From Azolla caroliniana (taxonomy: Eukaryota > Plantae > Polypodiophyta), in NCBI GenBank assembly GCA_043228905.1, contig JBHGNT010000042.1:1-64000 (forward strand): a DNA stretch of 64,000 nt, in the 5' to 3' direction. The notes below the pieces were generated by a model that ran no database searches, was not told the DNA's origin, and saw only the letters and a program-made list of their open reading frames with translations. Positions 53,001-64,000 of this stretch are shown piece by piece; position 1 is the first letter of the stretch; every line of letters begins with the position of its first letter. The position numbers and the translations under genes were made by a program.

Positions 53001-55730
53001 TGTTCATACCTTGCTCTTGTGATATCGGATTTCGGTGTTCAAACATGCGAATCGAAGCTAACAACGCTAGCTATGATATAGAATTACAAAATCAAGATTT
53101 TAAAACTCAGCTCGAGAGACATGAATAAATTAGCGAATTTGAGGAGGTAGTGGAGAAGAGCGCGTTAGTAAATTAAAATGTTCATACCTGGCTCGTGTGA
53201 TATCGGATTTCTATGTTCAAACATGCGAATCAAACCTAACAACGCTAGCTCTAATATGGAATTCAAAAATCAAGATTTTGAAACTCAGGTCCAGAGACAT
53301 GAAGAAATTAGCAAATTTGAGGAGGAAGTGGAGAAGAGCGTGTTAGTAAATTAAAATGTTCATACCTGGCTCGTGTGATATCGGATTTCTGTGTTCAAAC
53401 ATGCGAATCGAAGCTAACAACGCTATCTCTAATATGGAATTAAAAAATCAAGATTTTGAAACTCAGGTCAAGAGACATGAAGAAATTAGCAAATTTGAGG
53501 AGGTAGTGGAGAAGAGCGCGTTAGTAAATTAAAATGTTCATACCTGGCTCGTGTGATATCGGATTTCTGTGTTCAAACATGCGAATCGAAGCTAACAACG
53601 CTACCTCTAATATGGAATTCAAAAATCAAGATTTTGAAACTCAGGTCCAGAGACATGAAGAAATTAGCAAATTTGAGGAGGAAGTGGAGAAGAGCGCGTT
53701 AGTAAATTAAAATGTTCATACCTGGCTCGTGTGATATCGGATTTCTGTGTTCAAACATGCGAATCGAAGCTAACAACGCTATCTCTAATATGGAATTAAA
53801 AAATCAAGATTTTGAAACTCAGGTCCAGAGACATGAAGAAATTAGCAAATTTGAGGAGGAAGTGGAGAAGAGCGCATTAGTAAATGAAAATGTTCATACC
53901 TGGCTCGTGTGATATCGGATTTCTGTGTTCAAACATGCGAATCGAAGCTAACAACGCTATCTCTAATATGGAATTAAAAAATCAAGATTTTGAAACTCAG
54001 GTCGAGAGACATGAAGAAATTAGCAAATTTGAGGAGGAAGTGGAGAAGATCGCGTTTGTAAATTAAAATGTTCATACCTGGCTCGTGTGATATCGGATTT
54101 TTGTGTTCAAACATGCGAATCGAAGCTAACAACGCTAGCTCTAATATTGAATTAAAAAATCAAGATTTTGAAACTCAGGTCGAGAGACATGAAGAAATTA
54201 GCAAATTTGAGGAGCTAGTGAAGAAGAGCGTGTTAGTAAATTAAAATGTTCATACCTGGCTCGTGTGATATCGGATTTCTGTGTTCAAACATGCGAATCG
54301 AAGCTAACAACGCTATCTCTAATATGGAATTAAAAAATCAAGATTTTGAAACTCAGGTCCAGAGACATGAAGAAATTAGCAAATTTGAGGAGGAAGTGGA
54401 GAAGAGCGCGTTAGTAAATGAAAATGTTCATACCTGGCTCGTGTGATATCGGATTTCTGTGTTCAAACATGCGAATCGAAGCTAACAACGCTAGCTCTAA
54501 TATTGAATTAAAAAATCAAGATTTTGAAACTCAGGTCGAGAGACATGAAGAAATTAGCAAATTTGAGGAGGTAGTGGAGAAGATCGCGTTTGTAAAGTAA
54601 AATGTTTATACCTGGATCGTTTGATATCGGATTTCTGTGTTTAAACATGCGACTCGAAGCTAACAACGCTAGCTCTAATATTGAATTAAAAAATCAAGAT
54701 TTTGAAACTCAGGTCGAGAGACATGAAGAAATTAGCATATTTGAGGAGGAAGTTGAGAAGAGCGAGTCAGTAAATTAAAATGTTCATACCTGGCTCGTGT
54801 GATATCGGATTTCGGTGTTCAAACATGCGAATCGAAGCAAACAACGCTAGCTATGATATGGAATTATAAAATCAAGATTTTAAAACTCAGCTCGAGAGAC
54901 ATGAATAAATTAGCAAATTTGAGGAGGTAGGGGAGAAGAGCGCGTTAGTAAATTAAAATGTTCATACCTGGCTCGTGTGATATCGGATTTCTGTGTTCAA
55001 ACATGCGAATCAAACCTAACAACGCTAGCTCTAATATGGAATTCGAAAATCAAGATTTTCAAACTCAGGTCCAGAGACATGAAGAAATTAGCAAATTTGA
55101 GGAGGAAGTGGAGAAGAGCGCGTTAGTAAATTAAAATGTTCATACCTGGCTCGTGTGATATCGGATTTCTGTGTTCAAACATGCGAAGCGAAGCTAACAA
55201 CGCTATCTCTAATATGGAATTAAAAAATCAAGATTTTGAAACTCAGGTCCAGAGACATGAAAAAGTTAACAAATTTGAGGAGGAAGTGGAGAAGAGCGCG
55301 TTAGTAAATGAAAATGTTCATACCTGGCTCGTGTGATATCGGATTTCTGTGTTCAAACATGCGAATCGAAGCTAACAACGCTATCTCTAATATGGAATTA
55401 AAAAATCAAGATTTTGAAACTCAGGTCGAGAGACATGAAGAAATTAGCAAATTTGAGGAGGTAGTGGAGAAGATCGCGTTTGTAAATTAAAATGTTCATA
55501 CCTGGCTCGTGTGATATCGGATTTCTGTGTTCAAACATGCGAATCGAAGCTAACAACGCTAGCTCTAATATGGAATTAAAAAATCAAGATTTTGAAACTC
55601 AGGTCGAGAGACATGAAGAAATTAGCAAATTTGAGGAGGTAGTGAAGAAGAGCCTGTTAGTAAATTAAAATGTTCATACCTGGCTCGTGTGATATCGGAT
55701 TTTTGTGTTTAAACATGCGAATCGAAGCTA

Positions 55731-55936
55731 ACAGCACTACCTATGATATGGAATTAGAAAATCAAGATTTTGAAACTCAGGTCGAGAGACATGAAGAAAT
55801 TACCAAATTTGAGGAGGGAGTTGAGAAGAGCGCGTGAGTAAATTAAAATTGTCATACCTGGCTCGTGTGATGTCCGATTTTAGTGTTCCATCATGCGAAT
55901 TGAAACTAACAACTCTAGCTATAATATGGAATTAGA
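55731..55936. repeat. Divergent satellite tract (~10% from consensus); second copy ~59501-59706
   Basis: ACAGCACTACC, TACCAAA, GAGGGAG, GCGTGAGTA, AAATTGTCATAC and GATGTCCGATTTTAGTGTTCCATCATGCGAATTGAAACTAACAACTCTAGCTATAAT; about 19-20 substitutions in ~205 bp by hand count. Confidence 0.9.
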
Positions 55937-57627
55937 AAATCAAGATTTTGAAACTCAGGTCGAGAGACATGAAGAAATTAGCATATTTGAGGAGGAAGTT
56001 GAGAAGAGCGAGTCAGTAAATTAAAATGTTCATACCTTGCTCGGGTGATATCGGATTTCGGTGTTCAAACATGCGAATCGAAGCTAACAACGCTAGCTAT
56101 GATATAGAATTACAAAATCAAGATTTTAAAACTCAGCTCGAGAGACATGAATAAATTAGCGAATTTGAGGAGGTAGTGGAGAAGAGCGCGTTAGTAAATT
56201 AAAATGTTCATACCTGGCTCGTGTGATATCGGATTTCTATGTTCAAACATGCGAATCAAACCTAACAACGCTAGCTCTAATATGGAATTCAAAAATCAAG
56301 ATTTTGAAACTCAGGTCCAGAGACATGAAGAAATTAGCAAATTTGAGGAGGAAGTGGAGAAGAGCGTGTTAGTAAATTAAAATGTTCATACCTGGCTCGT
56401 GTGATATCGGATTTCTGTGTTCAAACATGCGAATCGAAGCTAACAACGCTATCTCTAATATGGAATTAAAAAATCAAGATTTTGAAACTCAGGTCCAGAG
56501 ACATGAAGAAATTAGCAAATTTGAGGAGGAAGTGGAGAAGAGCGCGTTAGTAAATGAAAATGTTCATACCTGGCTCGTGTGATATCGGATTTCTGTGTTC
56601 AAACATGCGAATCGAAGCTAACAACGCTATCTCTAATATGGAATTAAAAAATCAAGATTTTGAAACTCAGGTCGAGAGACATGAAGAAATTAGCAAATTT
56701 GAGGAGGAAGTGGAGAAGATCGCGTTTGTAAATTAAAATGTTCATACCTGGCTCGTGTGATATCGGATTTCTGTGTTCAAACATGCGAATCGAAGCTAAC
56801 AACGCTATCTCTAATATGGAATTAAAAAATCAAGATTTTGAAACTCAGGTCCAGAGACATGAAGAAATTAGCAAATTTGAGGAGGAAGTGGAGAAGAGCG
56901 CGTTAGTAAATTAAAATGTTCATACCTGGCTCGTGTGATATCGGATTTCTGTGTTCAAACATGCGAATCGAAGCTAACAACGCTATCTCTAATATGGAAT
57001 TAAAAAATCAAGATTTTGAAACTCAGGTCCAGAGACATGAAGAAATTTGCAAATTTGAGGAGGTAGTGGAGAAGAGCGCGTTAGTAAATTAAAATGTTCA
57101 TACCTGGCTCGTGTGATATCGGATTTCTGTGTTCAAACATGCGAATCGAAGCTAACAACGCTAGCTCTAATATTGAATGAAAAAATCAAGATTTTGAAAC
57201 TCAGGTCGAGAGACATGAAGAAATTAGCAAATTTGAGGAGGTAGTGGAGAAGATCGCGTTTGTAAAGTAAAATGTTTATACCTGGATCGTTTGATATCGG
57301 ATTTCTGTGTTTAAACATGCGACTCGAAGCTAACAACGCTAGCTCTAATATGGAATTAAAAAATCAAGATTTTGAAACTCAGGTCCAGAGACATGAAGAA
57401 ATTTGCAAATTTGAGGAGGTAGTGGAGAAGAGTGCGTTAGTAAATTAAAATGTTCATACCTGGCTCTTGTGATATCGGATTTCTGTGTTCAAACATGCGA
57501 ATCGAAGCTAACAACGCTATCTCTAATATGGAATTAAAAAATCAAGATTTTGAAACTCAGGTCGAGAGACATGAAGAAATTAGCAAATTTGAGGAGGTAG
57601 TGGAGAAGATCGCGTTTGTAAATTAAA

Positions 57628-57837
57628 ATGTTCATACCTACCTCGTGTGATATCGGATTTCTGTGTTCAAACATGCGAATCGAAGCTAACAACGCTATCT
57701 CTAATATGGAATTAAAATTAACAACGCTAGCTATGATATAGAATTACAAAATCAAGATTTTAAAACTCAGCTCGAGAGACATGAATAAATTAGCGAATTT
57801 GAGGAGGTAGTGGAGAAGAGCGCGTTAGTAAATTAAA
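57628..57837. repeat. 210-bp monomer (32-bp internal duplication); second copy 61398-61607
   Basis: CTAATATGGAATTAAAATTAACAACGCTAGCTATGATATAG; ATG-to-ATG distance is 210. Confidence 0.92.
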
Positions 57838-60800
57838 ATGTTCATACCTGGCTCGTGTGATATCGGATTTCTATGTTCAAACATGCGAATCGAAGCTAAC
57901 AACGCTATCTCTAATATTAAATTAAAAAATCAAGATTTTGAAACTTAGGTCGAGAGACATGAAGAAATTAGCAAATTTGAGGAGGTAGTGAAGAAGAGCG
58001 TGTTAGTAAATTAAAATGTTCATACCTGGCTCGTGTGATATCGGATTTCTGTGTTCAAACATGCGAATCGAAGCTAACAACGCTATCTCTAATATGGAAT
58101 TAAAAAATCAAGATTTTGAAACTCAGGTCCAGAGACATGAAGAAATTAGCAAATTTGAGGAGCTAGTGAAGAAGAGCGTGTTAGTAAATTAAAATGTTCA
58201 TACCTGGCTCGTGTGATATCGGATTTCTGTGTTCAAACATGCGAATCGAAGCTAACAACGCTATCTCTAATATGGAATTAAAAAATCAAGATTTTGAAAC
58301 TCAGGTCCAGAGACATGAAGAAATTAGCAAATTTGAGGAGGAAGTGGAGAAGAGCGCGTTAGTAAATGAAAATGTTCATACCTGGCTCGTGTGATATCGG
58401 ATTTCTGTGTTCAAACATGCGAATCGAAGCTAACAACGCTAGCTCTAATATTGAATTAAAAAATCAAGATTTTGAAACTCAGGTCGAGAGACATGAAGAA
58501 ATTAGCAAATTTGAGGAGGTAGTGGAGAAGATCGCGTTTGTAAAGTAAAATGTTTATACCTGGATCGTTTGATATCGGATTTCTGTGTTTAAACATGCGA
58601 CTCGAAGCTAACAACGCTAGCTCTAATATGGAATTAAAAAATCAAGATTTTGAAACTCAGGTCGAGAGACATGAAGAAATTAGCATATTTGAGGAGGAAG
58701 TTGAGAAGAGCGAGTCAGTAAATTAAAATGTTCATACCTGGCTCGTGTGATATCGGATTTCGGTGTTCAAACATGCGAATCGAAGCTAACAACGCTAGCT
58801 ATGATATGGAATTATAAAATCAAGATTTTAAAACTCAGCTCGAGAGACATGAATAAATTAGCAAATTTGAGGAGGTAGTGGAGAAGAGCGCGTTAGTAAA
58901 TTAAAATGTTCATACCTGGCTCGTGTGATATCGGATTTCTGTGTTCAAACATGCGAATCAAACCTAACAACGCTAGCTCTAATATGGAATTCAAAAATCA
59001 AGATTTTCAAACTCAGGTCCAGAGACATGAAGAAATTAGCAAATTTGAGGAGGAAGTGGAGAAGAGCGCGTTAGTAAATTAAAATGTTCATACCTGGCTC
59101 GTGTGATATCGGATTTCTGTGTTCAAACATGCGAATCGAAGCTAACAACGCTATCTCTAATATGGAATTAAAAAATCAAGATTTTGAAACTCAAGTCCAG
59201 AGACATGAAAAAGTTAACAAATTTGAGGAGGAAGTGGAGAAGAGCGCGTTAGTAAATGAAAATGTTCATACCTGGCTCGTGTGATATCGGATTTCTGTGT
59301 TCAAACATGCGAATCGAAGCTAACAACGCTATCTCTAATATGGAATTAAAAAATCAAGATTTTGAAACTCAGGTCCAGAGACATGAAGAAATTAGCAAAT
59401 TTGAGGAGGTAGTGAAGAAGAGCCTGTTAGTAAATTAAAATGTTCATACCTGGCTCGTGTGATATCGGATTTTTGTGTTTAAACATGCGAATCGAAGCTA
59501 ACAGCACTACCTATGATATGGAATTAGAAAATCAAGATTTTGAAACTCAGGTCGAGAGACATGAAGAAATTACCAAATTTGAGGAGGGAGTTGAGAAGAG
59601 CGCGTGAGTAAATTAAAATTGTCATACCTGGCTCGTGTGATGTCCGATTTTAGTGTTCCATCATGCGAATTGAAACTAACAACTCTAGCTATAATATGGA
59701 ATTAGAAAATCAAGATTTTGAAACTCAGGTCGAGAGACATGAAGAAATTAGCATATTTGAGGAGGAAGTTGAGAAGAGCGAGTCAGTAAATTAAAATGTT
59801 CATACCTTGCTCGGGTGATATCGGATTTCGGTGTTCAAACATGCGAATCGAAGCTAACAACGCTAGCTATGATATAGAATTACAAAATCAAGATTTTAAA
59901 ACTCAGCTCGAGAGACATGAATAAATTAGCGAATTTGAGGAGGTAGTGGAGAAGAGCGCGTTAGTAAATTAAAATGTTCATACCTGGCTCGTGTGATATC
60001 GGATTTCTATGTTCAAACATGCGAATCAAACCTAACAACGCTAGCTCTAATATGGAATTCAAAAATCAAGATTTTGAAACTCAGGTCCAGAGACATGAAG
60101 AAATTAGCAAATTTGAGGAGGAAGTGGAGAAGAGCGTGTTAGTAAATTAAAATGTTCATACCTGGCTCGTGTGATATCGGATTTCTGTGTTCAAACATGC
60201 GAATCGAAGCTAACAACGCTATCTCTAATATGGAATTAAAAAATCAAGATTTTGAAACTCAGGTCCAAAGACATGAAGAAATTAGCAAATTTGAGGAGGA
60301 AGTGGAGAAGAGCGCGTTAGTAAATGAAAATGTTCATACCTGGCTCGTGTGATATCGGATTTCTGTGTTCAAACATACGAATCCAACCTAACAACGCTAG
60401 CTCTAATATGGAATTAAAAAATCAAGATTTTGAAACTCAGGTCGAGAGACATGAAGAAATTAGCAAATTTGAGGAGGAAGTGGAGAAGATCGCGTCTGTA
60501 AATTAAAATGTTCATACCTGGCTCGTGTGATATCGGATTTCTGTGTTCAAACATGCGAATCGAAGCTAACAACGCTATCTCTAATATGGAATTAAAAAAT
60601 CAAGATTTTGAAACTCAGGTCGAGAGACATGAAGAAATTAGCAAATTTGAGGAGGAAGTGGAGAAGAGCGCGTTAGTAAATTAAAATGTTCATACCTGGC
60701 TCGTGTGATATCGGATTTCTGTGTTCAAACATGCGAATCGAAACTAACAACGCTATCTCTAATATGGAATTAAAAAATCAAGATTTTGAAACTCAGGTCC

Positions 60801-62497
60801 AGAGACATGAAGAAATTTGCAAATTTGAGGAGGTAGTGGAGAAGAGCGCGTTAGTAAATTAAAATGTTCATACCTGGCTCGTGTGATATCGGATTTCTGT
60901 GTTCAAACATGCGAATCGAAGCTAACAACGCTAGCTCTAATATTGAATTAAAAAATCAAGATTTTGAAACTCAGGTCGAGAGACATGAAGAAATTAGCAA
61001 ATTTGAGGAGGTAGTGGAGAAGATCGCGTTTGTAAAGTAAAATGTTTATACCTGGATCGTTTGATATCGGATTTCTGTGTTTAAACATGCGACTCGAAGC
61101 TAACAACGCTATCTCTAATAAGGAATAAAAAAATCAAGATTTTGAAACTCAGGTCCAGAGACATGAAGAAATTTGCAAATTTGAGGAGGTAGTGGAGAAG
61201 AGTGCGTTAGTAAATTAAAATGTTCATACCTGGCTCTTGTGATATCGGATTTCTGTGTTCAAACATGCGAATCGAAGCTAACAACGCTATCTCTAATATG
61301 GAATTAAAAAATCAAGATTTTGAAACTCAGGTCGAGAGATATGAAGAAATTAGCAAATTTGAGGAGGTAGTGGAGAAGATCGCGTTTGTAAATTAAAATG
61401 TTCATACCTACCTCGTGTGATATCGGATTTCTGTGTTCAAACATGCGAATCGAAGCTAACAACGCTATCTCTAATATGGAATTAAAATTAACAACGCTAG
61501 CTATGATATAGAATTACAAAATCAAGATTTTAAAACTCAGCTCGAGAGACATGAATAAATTAGCGAATTTGAGGAGGTAGTGGAGAAGAGCGCGTTAGTA
61601 AATTAAAATGTTCATACCTGGCTCGTGTGATATCGGATTTCTATGTTCAAACATGCGAATCGAAGCTAACAACGCTATCTCTAATATTAAATTAAAAAAT
61701 CAAGATTTTGAAACTCAGGTCGAGAGACATGAAGAAATTAGCAAATTTGAGGAGGTAGTGAAGAAGAGCCTGTTAGTAAATTAAAATGTTCATACCTGGC
61801 TCGTGTGATATCGGATTTTTGTGTATAAATATGCGAATCGAAGCTAACAACGCTAGCTATGATATTGAATTAAAAAATCAAGATTTTGAAACTCAGATCG
61901 AGAGACATGAAGAAATTTGCAAATTAGAGGAGGTAGTGGAGAAGATCGCGTTTGTAAATTAAAATGTTCATACCTGGCTCGTGTGATATCGGATTTCTGT
62001 GTTCAAACATGCGAATCGAAGCTAACAACGCTAGCTATGATATGGAATTAAAAAATCAAGATTTTGAAACTCAGGTCGAGAGACATGAGGAAATTAGCAA
62101 ATTTGAGGAGGTAGTGGAGAAGATCGCGTTTGTAAATTAAAATGTTCATACCTGGCTCGTGTGATATCGGATTTCTGTGTTCAAACATTCGAATCGAAGC
62201 TAACAACGCTATCTCTAATATTAAATTAAAAAATCAAGATTTTGAAACTCAGGTCGAGAGACATGAAGAAATTAGCAAATTTGAGGAGGTAGTGAAGAAG
62301 AGCCTGTTAGTAAATTAAAATGTTCATACCTGGCTCGTGTGATATCGGATTTTTGTGTATAAATATGCGAATCGAAGGTAACAACGCTAGCTATGATATG
62401 GAATTAAAAAATCAAGATTTTGAAACTCAGATCGAGAGACATGAAGAAATTTGCAAATTTGAGGAGGTAGTGGAGAAGATCGCGTTTGTAAATTAAA

Positions 62498-63413
62498 ATG
62501 TTCATACCTGGCTCGTGTGATATCGGATTTCTGTGTTCAAACATGCGAATCGTAGCTAACAACGCTAGCTCTAATATGGAATTAGAAAATCAAGATTTTG
62601 AAACTCAGGTCGAGAGACATGAAGAAATTAGCAAATTTGAGGAGGTAGGGAAGAAGAGCCTGTTAGTAAATTAAAATGTTTATACCTGGCTCGTGTGATA
62701 TCGGATTTTTGTGTTTAAACATGCGAATCGAAGCTAACAACGCTAGCTATGATATGGAATTAAAAAATCAAGATTTTGAAACTCAGGTCGAGAGACATGA
62801 AGAAATTTGCAAATTTGAGGAGGTAGTGGAGAAGAGCGCGTTAGTAAATTATAATATGGAATCGAAAAAACAAGATTTTGAAACTCAGGTCCAGAGACAT
62901 GAAGAAATTAGCAAATTTGAGGAGGAAGTGGAGAAGATCGCGTTTGTAAAGTAAAATGTTCATACCTGGCTCGTGTGATATCGGATTTCTGTGTTCAAAC
63001 ATGCGAATCGTAGCTAACAACGCTAGCTCTAATATGGAATTAGAAAATCAAGATTTTGAAACTCAGGTCGAGAGACATGAAGAAATTAGCAAATTTGAGG
63101 AGGTAGGGAAGAAGAGCCTGTTAGTAAATTAAAATGTTTATACCTGGCTCGTGTGATATCGGATTTTTGTGTTTAAACATGCGAATCGAAGCTAACAACG
63201 CTAGCTATGATATGGAATTAAAAAATCAAGATTTTGAAACTCAGGTCGAGAGACATGAAGAAATTTGCAAATTTGAGGAGGTAGTGGAGAAGAGCGCGTT
63301 AGTAAATTATAATATGGAATCGAAAAAACAAGATTTTGAAACTCAGGTCCAGAGACATGAAGAAATTAGCAAATTTGAGGAGGAAGTGGAGAAGATCGCG
63401 TTTGTAAAGTAAA
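62498..63413. repeat. 458-bp tandem duplication (2 full monomers + 102-mer)
   Basis: 62676/63134 offset 458; private markers ATCGTAGCT and GGTAGGGAAG are both duplicated. Confidence 0.9.
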
Positions 63414-64000
63414 ATGTTTATACCTGGATCGTTTGATATCGGATTTCTGTGTTTAAACATGCGACTCGAAGCTAACAACGCTAGCTCTAATATGGAATTA
63501 AAAAATCAAGATTTTGAAACTCAGGTCGAGAGACATGAAGAAATTAGCATATTTGAGGAGGAAGTTGAGAAGAGCGAGTCAGTAAATGAAAATGTTCATA
63601 CCTGGCTCGTGTGATATCGGATTTCTGTGTTCAAACATGCGAATCGAAGCTAACAACGCTATCTCTAATATGGAATTAAAAAATCAAGATTTTGAAACTC
63701 AGGTCCAGAGACATGAAGAAATTTGCAAATTTGAGGAGGTAGTGGAGAAGAGCGCGTTAGTAAATTAAAATGTTCATACCTGGCTCGTGTGATATCGGAT
63801 TTCTGTGTTTAAACATGCGAATCGAAGCTAACAACGCTAGCTCTAATATTGAATGAAAAAATCAAGATTTTGAAACTCAGGTCGAGAGACATGAAGAAAT
63901 TAGCAAATTTGAGGAGGTAGTGGAGAAGATCGCGTTTGTAAAGTAAAATGTTTATACCTGGATCGTTTGATATCGGATTTCTGTGTTTAAACATGCGACT

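Larger units (their letters stand above)
54200..61760. repeat. ~3.9-kb tandem duplication, one monomer absent from the second copy
   Basis: Offset 3948 (54246/58194, 55136/59084), then 3770 (56382/60152, 57628/61398). Includes the divergent tract and the 210-bp monomer. Confidence 0.85.
1..64000. repeat. Tandem satellite DNA array, 178-bp monomer, head-to-tail, single orientation (nucleosome-sized eukaryotic satellite; centromeric status unproven)
   Basis: ATGTTCATACCTGGC recurs at 146, 324, 502, ... 1748, 1926 (period 178) and continues to the window end. I saw no non-satellite sequence and no inversion. Monomers typically differ by a few substitutions. Confidence 0.99.

Noticed and set aside
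57133-57336. Minus-strand 67-aa and 61-aa (63809-63994) ORFs
   Set aside because: Chance loss of stop codons through two SNPs in antisense satellite sequence.
1748-63768. The many 60-66-aa ORFs as a protein-coding gene family
   Set aside because: They pass the length threshold only where a T>G change turns the monomer's TAA into GAA (which also creates an upstream ATG) or a similar point change removes the stop. There is no promoter or UTR space, no recognisable domain, and stop variants are frequent.
1-64000. CRISPR array
   Set aside because: No unique spacers (the entire unit repeats) and no cas genes.
1-64000. Embedded transposon, telomere repeat or strand inversion
   Set aside because: All length anomalies I found resolve to satellite-derived sequence in the same orientation; no LTR, TIR, TSD or telomeric motif run was seen.

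Overview
The whole 64-kb window is one uninterrupted, head-to-tail, single-orientation tandem satellite array of a 178-bp monomer (about 360-365 units; consensus about 37% GC by hand count: A65 T47 G41 C25). Consensus: ATGTTCATACCTGGCTCGTGTGATATCGGATTTCTGTGTTCAAACATGCGAATCGAAGCTAACAACGCTAKCTCTAATATGGAATTAAAAAATCAAGATTTTGAAACTCAGGTCSAGAGACATGAAGAAATTAGCAAATTTGAGGAGGWAGTGGAGAAGAGCGCGTTAGTAAATTAAA. Unit length and organisation look like a eukaryotic, possibly centromeric/pericentromeric or subtelomeric, satellite; I do not recognise the family or organism. I found no real genes, RNA genes, transposons or CRISPR arrays; all listed ORFs are by-products of the monomer. The informative structure is internal: nested block duplications (1, 3, 4, 7, 9, 12-13 monomers, ~3 kb, ~3.9 kb and a near-identical 11,449-bp tandem duplication), recurrent length-variant monomers (92, 102, 157, 163, 210, 216 bp), most with microhomology junctions and some with apparent parental alleles still present, a ~200-bp divergent tract, and two curiosities of the monomer itself: a 58-codon ORF filling 177 of 178 bp on the + strand and intron-like signals on the - strand. 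Block boundaries were read by eye from diagnostic SNPs and are approximate.
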